The notes under the pieces: generated by a model
What the model saw: only the letters and a program-made list of their open reading frames with translations
What the model was told of the DNA's origin: nothing
The model's database searches: none
Position numbers and translations under genes: made by a program
In this document: positions 23,182-30,641 of the stretch, one piece after another
How the letters are laid out: the number at the start of each line of letters is the position of its first letter
Numbering within the stretch: position 1 is the stretch's first letter
Assembly (NCBI GenBank): GCA_046263075.1
Contig: JBHELL010000091.1
Location: 1-32,378 of the forward strand
Origin: Actinomycetota bacterium
GTDB lineage: Bacteria > Actinomycetota > AC-67
Direction of reading: 5' to 3'
DNA: 32,378 nt

Positions 23182-24893
23182 CCGGAGTACGCGAACGACG
23201 TCACGGAACCGTCGGCGTTCCGCAGGTACCACGTGTTGCCGCGCACCATGCCGACATCGTCTGCACCATCACCGTTCCAGTCGCCGATGACGGGCCGGTC
23301 GGTCACGCGGCCAAAGGAGATCGAGTGGATCGAGCCGTCGTGGTAGCGCAGATAGAAGAGGTTGCCGCGAACCATCCCGAACTCGTCGCCGCCGGCGCCG
23401 TCCCAATTCCCCGCCACCGGACGATCGGATGCGCGGCCGAATGATACGGAGCCTGCGCCGCGCGGATACCACGTGTTCCCGCGCACGACGCCGATGTCGT
23501 CCTTGCCGTCCCCGTTCCAGTCACCCGCAACCGGACGATCCGTCGTGCGGCCGTACGAGATCGACGGCGACCCGTCACGGAACGACCAGATGTTGCCGTG
23601 GATGACCGCGGCCGTGTCGACGCCCGTCCCTTGCCAATCGCCGTGGACCGCGCGATCCCCGGCCGTTCCGTACGAGAACGTCGAATCGGCGGCACCCGTC
23701 GTGTTGCTGTACCGCAACGCCCACGACGGCGTGCTCGCGATCCCCGGCGTGGAGAGCGCAGGCAGAGTCGCCACGTCCCAGTGCCCCGCGAGCACGGTGT
23801 TCGTGGGTGCGAAGCGGCCGAACGGCTCGACGAGGTTGTTCAGCGGGTGGAAGCCGCCGCAGCTCGACACGCTGTCGAACGTCGGGTCGACCCCGAACTG
23901 GTTCCCGCCTCCGTCCTTGACCCCGTACGACACCTGCGTGGAATTCTCGTCCGTATTCAGGATCAGCCGTGCGGCGGCGTACCCGACGTTGTTGCGCGCG
24001 ACGTTCCCGGTGCCGGTGTTCGCGTAGCCGCGGATATTCGGGTACCAGGTCTTGGCCGTGGAGCGATCGATGATGTTGTGGTCGAGGGTGATGTTGTGCG
24101 ACTTCCACGGGATCACGACACCTTCGCCCCCCGCGTACAGCGTGTTGTAGCGCACGGTGATGTACCCCGCGCCGCGCGCGCTCGACGTTGATCCGCCGAG
24201 CTTGATGTTCTCACCGTTCGGCGCGTTGAACGCGATGTTTCGTTCGACGAGCCCCGGTCCGAAGTCGACGCCTGAGATGTAGATGTTGTGATCCTGGTTC
24301 GTCGCGTCGGTCGGGACCGTGGTGTGCACGCAATTCCCCGACAGCGTCCAGTTGTTGGGGGTTCCCGAGATCGAGGTGCCGACGAGGACCCCGGCGTAGG
24401 AATGCGCGTTCCAGACCTCGGCGTTGCGGAAGACCCAGCCGGTACCGTTCATGATCTTTACCAGCGCCACGTTGGAGTGACCGTCGTAGGTGACGTTGAT
24501 GCCGTCGAAGATCCAGTAGTCGGCGTTGCGTATGTTCAGGGCGCCGTGGACGACCGGCACCTCGCCCGGGTACGCCATGACCGTGATCGGCGAGGTCGAC
24601 GTTCCTTTGGTGTAGAAGTCCATGGGGTTGAAGATCTCGGTATAGGCGCCGCCGCGAACGTACAGCGTCTCGCCGGGCTTCAAGCAGGGGATCGCTTTCG
24701 TGAACGTCTTCCACGGCGAGGAGATCGCGCCCCAGCCGGCCGTGCAGCTCGAGCCGTCGGCGCCGCTCGGCGACAGGTAATGGACGGTCGCAGCCGCAAC
24801 CGCCGGACGCGCGCCGAGACACCCGAGGACGACCGCCGCCCACACCAGACCGGCCTCCACGCGGCGGGACGTGCGGGAGCGGGATGGGATCAT
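23178..24893 (-). CDS. Secreted right-handed parallel beta-helix protein with C-terminal FG-GAP/VCBS-like repeats
   Basis: ORF 23178..24893, 571 aa. GGAG lies 7 nt before the ATG. Signal peptide contains SRRVEAG (weakly Tat-like) and ends AVAAA/TV. Residues ~70-310 carry beta-helix rungs (IRNADYWIFDGINV, VFRNAEVWNA, LSGNCVH, VERNIAFNA, ITLDHNII, VARNNVGY). Residues ~365-571 are repeats. Confidence 0.75.
   Translation of the reverse strand: MIPSRSRTSRRVEAGLVWAAVVLGCLGARPAVAAATVHYLSPSGADGSSCTAGWGAISSPWKTFTKAIPCLKPGETLYVRGGAYTEIFNPMDFYTKGTSTSPITVMAYPGEVPVVHGALNIRNADYWIFDGINVTYDGHSNVALVKIMNGTGWVFRNAEVWNAHSYAGVLVGTSISGTPNNWTLSGNCVHTTVPTDATNQDHNIYISGVDFGPGLVERNIAFNAPNGENIKLGGSTSSARGAGYITVRYNTLYAGGEGVVIPWKSHNITLDHNIIDRSTAKTWYPNIRGYANTGTGNVARNNVGYAAARLILNTDENSTQVSYGVKDGGGNQFGVDPTFDSVSSCGGFHPLNNLVEPFGRFAPTNTVLAGHWDVATLPALSTPGIASTPSWALRYSNTTGAADSTFSYGTAGDRAVHGDWQGTGVDTAAVIHGNIWSFRDGSPSISYGRTTDRPVAGDWNGDGKDDIGVVRGNTWYPRGAGSVSFGRASDRPVAGNWDGAGGDEFGMVRGNLFYLRYHDGSIHSISFGRVTDRPVIGDWNGDGADDVGMVRGNTWYLRNADGSVTSFAYSG
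23181..23801 (-). repeat. Five to six tandem ~38-42-aa repeats (S.S(F/Y)GR..DRPV.GDW(N/D)G.G.D..G.VRGN.WY.R)
   Basis: Visible in the protein and as a ~113-127-nt DNA periodicity, for example gttgccgcgcaccatgccgacatcgtc, gttgccgcgaaccatcccgaactcgtc and gttcccgcgcacgacgccgatgtcgtc. Confidence 0.8.
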
Positions 24894-24956
24894 GGTCTAC
24901 TCCGTTTTCGGTTGCAGGACGTTGAATCTTGACGGACGGGACGTCGATTTGGGCGG

Positions 24957-24965
24957 TGATATAAC
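24957..24965 (+). promoter_or_regulatory. Candidate extended -10 promoter element TGaTATAAC, 8 nt upstream of the rmlC ATG
   Basis: Read directly in the 80-nt lower-GC divergent spacer: ggcggTGATATAACcacccccgATG, with no Shine-Dalgarno. Confidence 0.3.
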
Positions 24966-24973
24966 CACCCCCG

Positions 24974-25510
24974 ATGAAGATCTCGACGACCTCCCTCCCC
25001 GGCCTGTTGTTGATCGGCCTCGACGTCCACCCCGACGAGCGCGGAAGCTTCCGCGAGGCCTTCCACGCCGCCAAGCTTGCGAACGAGCCGCGACTCGCGG
25101 CGTTCGTCCCGGTACAGCAGAACGTCTCGCACAACCGGCGCGGCGTGATCCGCGGGATCCACGGCGAGCCCTGGGAGAAACTGATACACGTCGCCCACGG
25201 CGAGGTGTTCGCAGCGATCGTGGACCTTCGGCGCGATTCACCAACATTCGGACGGCACGAGACGTTCGTGCTCGGCGGCCAGGATGCGCTGTTCGTGCCC
25301 CGGGGGTACGGCAACGCATTCAAGGCGCTGACCGACCCTGCGATCTACGTGTATCTCGTGAACGAACACTGGACGCCCGACATTCGCTATGCCGCCGTCG
25401 CATACGACGATCCGGACATCGGGATCCGCTGGCCCGACACCGACGGGATCGAGATCGTGTCGGAGAAGGATCGATCGAACCCATCCTTCGCGGCCTTCCG
25501 CTCTTCGTGA
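24974..25510 (+). CDS. rmlC: dTDP-4-dehydrorhamnose 3,5-epimerase family (RmlC-like cupin)
   Basis: ORF 24974..25510, 178 aa. DERGSFRE, VIRGIHGEPWEKLIHV, LFVPRGYGNAF. Confidence 0.85.
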   Translation: MKISTTSLPGLLLIGLDVHPDERGSFREAFHAAKLANEPRLAAFVPVQQNVSHNRRGVIRGIHGEPWEKLIHVAHGEVFAAIVDLRRDSPTFGRHETFVLGGQDALFVPRGYGNAFKALTDPAIYVYLVNEHWTPDIRYAAVAYDDPDIGIRWPDTDGIEIVSEKDRSNPSFAAFRSS

Positions 25511-26781
25511 TCGACAGGCTGCGCGCGCGCGCACGAACCGAGATCCGGCGTCGCGGCGTGCGCGCGCCGCGGGCGTACTGGCTCGGGCGCTACGGGTTGG
25601 CGCGCGCCCTCGCGGCGTCGCCGATGGGAGCGGCGGCTCGCCGCGAACGGGAGACGGTTCGCGACGCCGCCGGGGAGCCGCGCCTGCCGCCGCGCGGCCG
25701 GCCGGTGAAGCCCGTCGTCCTGTTCTATGCGATCAACGGCGCAGGCCTCGGCCATGTGTCTCGTTGCCTGGCGATCGCGCGCCATCTCCGATCGGTGACC
25801 CCGGTGTTCGTCACCACGAGCACGCGCGCGCCGGTGCTCGACCGGTACGGCATCCCGTACCGCTTCGTCCCGTCGTGGGACGCGCGCGCGTCGGCGCGCG
25901 CGCGCTGGAACGAGCGCTTGCGCAGCGTCTTGCTCGAGGAGCTCGACCGGCACCGCCCCGCGATCGTCGTGTTCGACGGCGTCGCCCCCGACGTGGGCCT
26001 CGTGCAGGCCTGGCGCGCGCGGCCGGAGATCGGTCGCGTTGCGATCAGGCGCGCCTATCGGCTCGACGGTCGCGAGATCGTGGTGACCGCGCGCGACGCG
26101 GAAACCGACCTGCTGATCGTGCCGCACGACCCCGGGTCTGCCGCCGTTCCGGTGCCGCGCGGACCGGTGGCGCGCGCGGTGGGTCCGATCGCGATCGTCG
26201 GCCCCGAGGACGCGATGAGCCGCGAGGACGCGCGCGCGTCCCTCGGGATCCGGCCGGACGCGCGCGCGGCGTTGGTTCAGCTCGGCGCCGGAGCGCTGGG
26301 CGGCTCGGCGGGGTATCGCGAGCGGCTCGTCGACGAGCTGGTCGCTGCCGGCATCGCGGTCGCCATCACCCGATACGAAGGGGCGCGCGCGGGGCGCGTG
26401 CACGAGGTCGACCGCTATCCGATCGCGGAGGTGCTCCCGGCGTTCGACGCCGCGATCGGTGCCGCCGGATACAACACGTTCGTTGAGCTGATGCTTCACG
26501 GCGTCCCGGCGGTGCTCGTCCCGAACGAAGACACGCGGTCCGACGATCAGGGCGCGCGCGCGCGGGCCGCGGCAGAAGCCGGCGCCGCTTTCGTCGCGCG
26601 CGACGGTGACGTCGCAGCGATGGTCGAGCACGCACGCGCGATGCTCGGCGACGACGACCTGCGGGCCCGGATGTCGGCGAGCGCGCGCGCCCTGGTTCCG
26701 CGGAACGGCGCCCCGGAAGCGGCGGCGGTGCTCGAGGCGTACTGCGCGCGCATCCTCGCGCGCCGACCGGCTACGCCGTAA
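25507..26781 (+). CDS. GT28/MurG-like (GT-B) glycosyltransferase
   Basis: 3' part of ORF 24871..26781. FYAINGAGLGHVSRCLAIARHL (G-rich N-terminal loop) and AAGYNTFVELMLHGVPAVLVP...DDQ (Glyco_tran_28_C-like). The start is uncertain: GTG 25507 overlaps the rmlC stop (GTGA); alternatives are ATG 25624 and GTG 25705. Confidence 0.65.
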   Translation: MIDRLRARARTEIRRRGVRAPRAYWLGRYGLARALAASPMGAAARRERETVRDAAGEPRLPPRGRPVKPVVLFYAINGAGLGHVSRCLAIARHLRSVTPVFVTTSTRAPVLDRYGIPYRFVPSWDARASARARWNERLRSVLLEELDRHRPAIVVFDGVAPDVGLVQAWRARPEIGRVAIRRAYRLDGREIVVTARDAETDLLIVPHDPGSAAVPVPRGPVARAVGPIAIVGPEDAMSREDARASLGIRPDARAALVQLGAGALGGSAGYRERLVDELVAAGIAVAITRYEGARAGRVHEVDRYPIAEVLPAFDAAIGAAGYNTFVELMLHGVPAVLVPNEDTRSDDQGARARAAAEAGAAFVARDGDVAAMVEHARAMLGDDDLRARMSASARALVPRNGAPEAAAVLEAYCARILARRPATP

Positions 26782-27547
26782 GGGGTGGCGTCGGCTCGAG
26801 CGGCGGCAGGCTTCGGCTCGCCAGGTATCGGTTGATGACTGCCGCCGGCGGCCCGATCTCTTGCATCGTTCCCTTGTCGAGCCACATCACGCGCTGGCAC
26901 ATCTGCACGACCGCCTCGAGGTTGTGCTGCACCATCACTACGGTCGCGCCGCGCTTCATGAGCTCGGTCATCTTGTCGACGCACTTCTGACGGAACGCGG
27001 CGTCTCCGACCACCAGTACCTCGTCGACCACCAAGATCCCCGGCTCGACGTGGATCGCGACGCTGAAGCCGAGCCGCGCGCGCATGCCGCTGGAATATGT
27101 GCGCACCGGTGCGTCTATGAACTCGCCGATCGACGCGAAGTCGACGATCGACCCGAGTTTCTGATCGATGTCCGACCGCGAGAGCCCGAGGATCATGCCG
27201 TTGTAATAGATGTTCTGCAGGCCGGAAAGCTCGGGCTGGAACCCCGCGCCGAGCGAGATCAGGCTCGACACGCGACCGCGGATCTCGAGCGCACCTTCGT
27301 CGGGGTGGTAGATGCGCGCGAGCGTCCGCAGGAGCGTCGACTTGCCCGAGCCGTTCGCGCCGATGATGCCGAAGACCTCACCTTGCGAGATGTCGAACGA
27401 GATGTTGCGCAGCGCCCAGAATTCCTTCGGCTTGCCACGTCGCTTGAGGAATCGCACGAGCCCGGAATGCACCGTCGGGCTCTGCTGGTAGCGGAGGAAG
27501 AAGCGGATGCCTAGATCGCGCGCGCGAAGGGCGGGAGGCTTGTTCAC
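26771..27547 (-). CDS. wzt: Polysaccharide/teichoic-acid-type ABC exporter ATP-binding protein (short form, no C-terminal carbohydrate-binding domain)
   Basis: 3' part of ORF 26771..28339. GTG 27547 overlaps the permease stop (GTGA). Walker A GANGSGKST, signature YSSGMRARL, Walker B ILVVDE. 258 aa. Confidence 0.85.
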   Translation of the reverse strand: MNKPPALRARDLGIRFFLRYQQSPTVHSGLVRFLKRRGKPKEFWALRNISFDISQGEVFGIIGANGSGKSTLLRTLARIYHPDEGALEIRGRVSSLISLGAGFQPELSGLQNIYYNGMILGLSRSDIDQKLGSIVDFASIGEFIDAPVRTYSSGMRARLGFSVAIHVEPGILVVDEVLVVGDAAFRQKCVDKMTELMKRGATVVMVQHNLEAVVQMCQRVMWLDKGTMQEIGPPAAVINRYLASRSLPPLEPTPPLTA

Positions 27548-28479
27548 AGCATCTTCCCGAACTGCGCTTCGCGCCGTGAGAAGTACCAGCCGCCGGCAAA
27601 TAGGAAGATCGCCGCAACGAACGCGCTCCAGAGCAGATCGAGCCCGGGTGCGCCGCCGGTATACCCGGCGATGACATGCTTCGCGTCGAACACCGGCGTC
27701 AGCCCGAGCGCGCTCCGGTAGCCCTGGAAGATGCCCGTCAGCGGGTTCAGATGAACGATCAGTCGCGCCGTCGGGTTCTTTATCCGTGAGATGTCCCACA
27801 GGGTCGGCGACAGGTAGAACCACAGACGTAACACGTTCGCGATCAACCCCGGAAGGTTGCGGTAGTTCAGACCCCACACCGCGAGCGGGTACGCAAGGCC
27901 GAGCATGAGTGCGAACTGCACGATCACGACGACGGGCAGCCAGATGAAGCTCGTCCGGAACGACACGCCGAACACGAGCATGAAGGGTGGGATGACGATC
28001 AACCCGACGAGGAAGTGTGCGAGCCCGATCGTCACTTCCGTCAGCGGCAAGAGCGCGCGCGGGAAGTAAACGTCCTGAACGAGCGACGCGTTCTGCCGAA
28101 CGGTTGCCATCGAGCCGACCAAGCACGACTGCATCCATTTGAACGCGAGCATCGCCGAGAGGATGAACAGCACGTACGACGGCTTCGTGTTCGCTTGCAG
28201 GATAGTGACGAGCACGTAGTAGACGCCGGTGAGTGAGAGCGGCTCGAGCAGCCACCACGCGAACCCGACGATGTTCATCTCGTACTCGGACTTGAGCTTG
28301 CGTCCCGAGAGGACCTGCACGAGGGAGCGCCGCTCCCACATCTCTTTGATGTACCGCTTGAAACCGACGACCCGCTTCGCCTGTTCGACGATCAGTTGAT
28401 CGAAATCGAGCGCGCGCGACTGCGCGGCCGGAGGCGCTTGGATCTTCGTGACCGGTCTCTTCTTGGGTTCGGCGCTCAT
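27544..28479 (-). CDS. wzm: ABC-2 type polysaccharide exporter permease
   Basis: 3' part of ORF 27544..28716, from ATG 28479 (MSAEPKKRPV...). Cytoplasmic N-terminus with LSGRKLKSEYEMNIVGFAWWLLEP, then six TM helices. 311 aa. Confidence 0.85.
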   Translation of the reverse strand: MSAEPKKRPVTKIQAPPAAQSRALDFDQLIVEQAKRVVGFKRYIKEMWERRSLVQVLSGRKLKSEYEMNIVGFAWWLLEPLSLTGVYYVLVTILQANTKPSYVLFILSAMLAFKWMQSCLVGSMATVRQNASLVQDVYFPRALLPLTEVTIGLAHFLVGLIVIPPFMLVFGVSFRTSFIWLPVVVIVQFALMLGLAYPLAVWGLNYRNLPGLIANVLRLWFYLSPTLWDISRIKNPTARLIVHLNPLTGIFQGYRSALGLTPVFDAKHVIAGYTGGAPGLDLLWSAFVAAIFLFAGGWYFSRREAQFGKML

Positions 28480-28499
28480 CGAGAGGGAGTGTCGGCGTC

Positions 28500-28515
28500 G
28501 CGCGCAGCTGCGCGC
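28500..28515. repeat. Perfect 16-bp palindrome GCGCGCAGCTGCGCGC in the 43-nt spacer between the GT4 gene and wzm
   Basis: Read directly at 28500-28515. Confidence 0.9.
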
Positions 28516-28522
28516 CGGCGAA

Positions 28523-29689
28523 TCATATCGAACCTTCGAACAGGTTCCGAAGCACTCGGATCTGCTCGTCGTAGCCGATCGCTTCCACGGCAGCCCGCGC
28601 GCGCGCCGCGCGCGCCACGAGCGGCGAAGCCTCGGCGTGGGCCTCGCGGATGCGCGCGCACAACCCATCGAGATCTCCGGCCTCGTGGAACGACAACGCG
28701 TCCTCGCCGAGCGCATCGACGAGCGCGCGCGTCCGGCCGCAGATCACCGGCAACCCGGCGAGCACCCACTCGAGGATCTTCTGCGACAGGCTGAACTCCA
28801 TCAGCGGGTCCGGCCGGTTCGGCTGCACCCCGACCCACGCGTCTGCGATCAACGACGGGACGTCGACGAGCGGCACCGGCGGCTCGATCGCAACGCGATC
28901 GGCGACCCCTTCGCCCTGCGCCAGCGCGCGGAGCGACTCGACGCCTTCTTCCCGGACGTTCTTCGTCACGACGCGGAGCCGGAGCGCGGGGATCTCGTCG
29001 CGCAGACGCGCGAGCGCGCGCACCGCGAGATCGATGCCGTAATGCTCGGAGACCGTCCCGGTGTAGAGCATCGTCCGCCCCACGCCTGGTTCCCGGGGCT
29101 CGGCCGCGAACATCTTCGGATCCGGCGCATTCATGACCACGGTGACCTTGCTCGCCGGCACGCTGCGCTCGTACAGGCGCGCCATGGACGGCACAACCGT
29201 CATCACGTCGGTCGCGAAGGAGCCGCTCACACGCTCTTCGAGCCGCAGCGCGCGCACCAGCGGGGCGCGCGCCGAGAGCCGGTACTTCGACATGAAGAAC
29301 TCCGGCAGCGGGTCGCGCATATCGAGGATCACGCGCGCGCCGAGGAGCTTGGGAACGAACGCGGCGAACACGATGAAGTTCGGTATGCCGACGACGTACG
29401 CGACGCGGTACGTCCGTCTGACGCTCAACCATGTCGCGTACGCGAACGCCAGCACGGCGAACGAGACGTACTCGAGGATGTAACGGCTCTTCGTGCCTCG
29501 CCGTCGCCGCGCCGGGAGACGATGGACCGTCACGCCACCGATGCGCTCGCGCGCGCGCTCCCCTTCGGCGCGCGCGCACACGACGTCGATCTTCCAGCCC
29601 TCGCCGGCGAGCGCCGCGGCATGCCGGCGCGGCCGCGTATCACGGAGGTAATACGAGTGAACGATCAGCAGCGCTCGCTTGTCAGGCAC
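28523..29689 (-). CDS. GT4 (GT-B, WbuB/WcaI-like) glycosyltransferase
   Basis: 3' part of ORF 28523..29944. GTG 29689 overlaps the polyprenyl synthase stop by 8 nt (GTGCCTGA). N-terminus (M)PDKRALLIVHSYYLRDTRPRRHAAALAGEGWKIDVV, a hydrophobic insertion YILEYVSFAVLAFAYATWL, and a C-terminal Rossmann half ...GVQPNRPDPLMEFSLSQKILEWVLAGLPVICG. 388 aa. Confidence 0.8.
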   Translation of the reverse strand: MPDKRALLIVHSYYLRDTRPRRHAAALAGEGWKIDVVCARAEGERARERIGGVTVHRLPARRRRGTKSRYILEYVSFAVLAFAYATWLSVRRTYRVAYVVGIPNFIVFAAFVPKLLGARVILDMRDPLPEFFMSKYRLSARAPLVRALRLEERVSGSFATDVMTVVPSMARLYERSVPASKVTVVMNAPDPKMFAAEPREPGVGRTMLYTGTVSEHYGIDLAVRALARLRDEIPALRLRVVTKNVREEGVESLRALAQGEGVADRVAIEPPVPLVDVPSLIADAWVGVQPNRPDPLMEFSLSQKILEWVLAGLPVICGRTRALVDALGEDALSFHEAGDLDGLCARIREAHAEASPLVARAARARAAVEAIGYDEQIRVLRNLFEGSI

Positions 29690-30632
29690 GGCGATCCGGT
29701 GAATCGCCGGCAAGGGCGGCGAGCGCGTCGCGTGCGGCTCCCGCCGGAACCCGCTCGAGCGCTGCGCGCCCTCTCGCCGCCCACTGCGACGCAACGTCGC
29801 GCGTGATGTCGATCGAGCCGTTGCTGCGCAACACGCCGAGCGCAGCGTCGACGTCGGTGGTTTCCAAGGCCGCATGCAGCTCGTCGCCGCCGCCCGCGTC
29901 CCCTCGAAGCGTCGCGAGCACGGGAAGCGTGAAGACGCCGGCACGCAGGTCCGTCCCCGGTTTCTTCCCGGTGTCCGCTTCGTAGCCGACGATGTCGAGG
30001 ATGTCGTCGGCGAGCTGGAACGCCATCCCGACGGCTTCGCCGTACTCGGTCATGGCAGCGACGACCTCTTCGGGCGCGCCGGCGAGCCACGATCCGAGGT
30101 GGCACGCGGAGGAGATGAGCGCCGCCGTCTTGCGCCGGATCACTTCGAGGTACCCGTCGACGAGCGCGTCGCGCTTCCCTTGCGCTTCGGACTCCATGAT
30201 CTGACCTTCACAGAGGAAGGCGATCGTGTCGGCGAGCCTGCGCGTGACGTAGGAGCCGAGGTCGGCGGCGAGCCCCGATGCGCGCGCGAATAAGAAGTCC
30301 CCGGCGAGCACCGCGATCGAATTCCCCCACAACGCGTTGGCTGTTTCGACGCCACGGCGTATCGCCGTCTCGTCGATCACGTCGTCGTGGTAGAGCGTCG
30401 CGAGGTGTGTCAGCTCGATCGCTGCGGCACACGGCACGAGACGCGGGTCCTTCGCGTCCGCGACTCGCCCGGACAACAAGGTGAGCATCGGGCGGAAACG
30501 CTTACCGCCGGCGTCGATCAGATGCATCGAAACGCGGCGTACGAGCGGGTTATCCGAGTCGGCATTCTCGCGAAGAAGGATCTCGACGCGCTCGAGATCC
30601 GTGCGTAGATCGACGTCCACCGGTGCGCTCAC
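29682..30632 (-). CDS. trans-Polyprenyl diphosphate synthase (quinone side-chain type)
   Basis: ORF 29682..30632, 316 aa, GTG start 9 nt after the nuoN stop. First and second Asp-rich motifs LYHDDVIDE and QLADDILD, plus GKRFRP. Chain length cannot be read from the sequence. Confidence 0.9.
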   Translation of the reverse strand: MSAPVDVDLRTDLERVEILLRENADSDNPLVRRVSMHLIDAGGKRFRPMLTLLSGRVADAKDPRLVPCAAAIELTHLATLYHDDVIDETAIRRGVETANALWGNSIAVLAGDFLFARASGLAADLGSYVTRRLADTIAFLCEGQIMESEAQGKRDALVDGYLEVIRRKTAALISSACHLGSWLAGAPEEVVAAMTEYGEAVGMAFQLADDILDIVGYEADTGKKPGTDLRAGVFTLPVLATLRGDAGGGDELHAALETTDVDAALGVLRSNGSIDITRDVASQWAARGRAALERVPAGAARDALAALAGDSPDRRA

Positions 30633-30641
30633 GTCCGAAGC

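Noticed and set aside
24211-26631. ORFs 24211..25323 (-), 24897..25319 (-), 25387..26631 (-) and 25389..26486 (+)
   Set aside because: These are shadows of the beta-helix, rmlC and GT28-like genes, with Arg-rich low-complexity sequence.
1851-29577. Recurrent alternating (GC)n tracts of 10-14 nt (for example 1851-1860, 17658-17671, 20748-20760, 21281-21294, 21572-21585, 25521-25532, 25894-25905, 26552-26564, 29548-29558, 29568-29577) as Z-DNA or phase-variation repeats
   Set aside because: All lie inside coding sequence and translate as Ala-Arg runs (GCG/CGC codons), as expected from this genome's codon and amino-acid bias. They also occur in the housekeeping gene nuoI. Without a background frequency calculation there is no evidence that they are special.
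6389-29689. The glycan locus as a horizontally acquired genomic island
   Set aside because: There is no integrase, transposase, tRNA or flanking direct repeat, and I saw no obvious GC or codon shift by eye. This cannot be supported from the window.
29682-30632. The polyprenyl synthase as the maker of the lipid carrier for the glycan pathway
   Set aside because: It has the two DDxxD motifs of trans-prenyltransferases. Undecaprenyl-type carriers are made by cis-prenyltransferases (UppS fold). A quinone side-chain role next to nuoN is more consistent.
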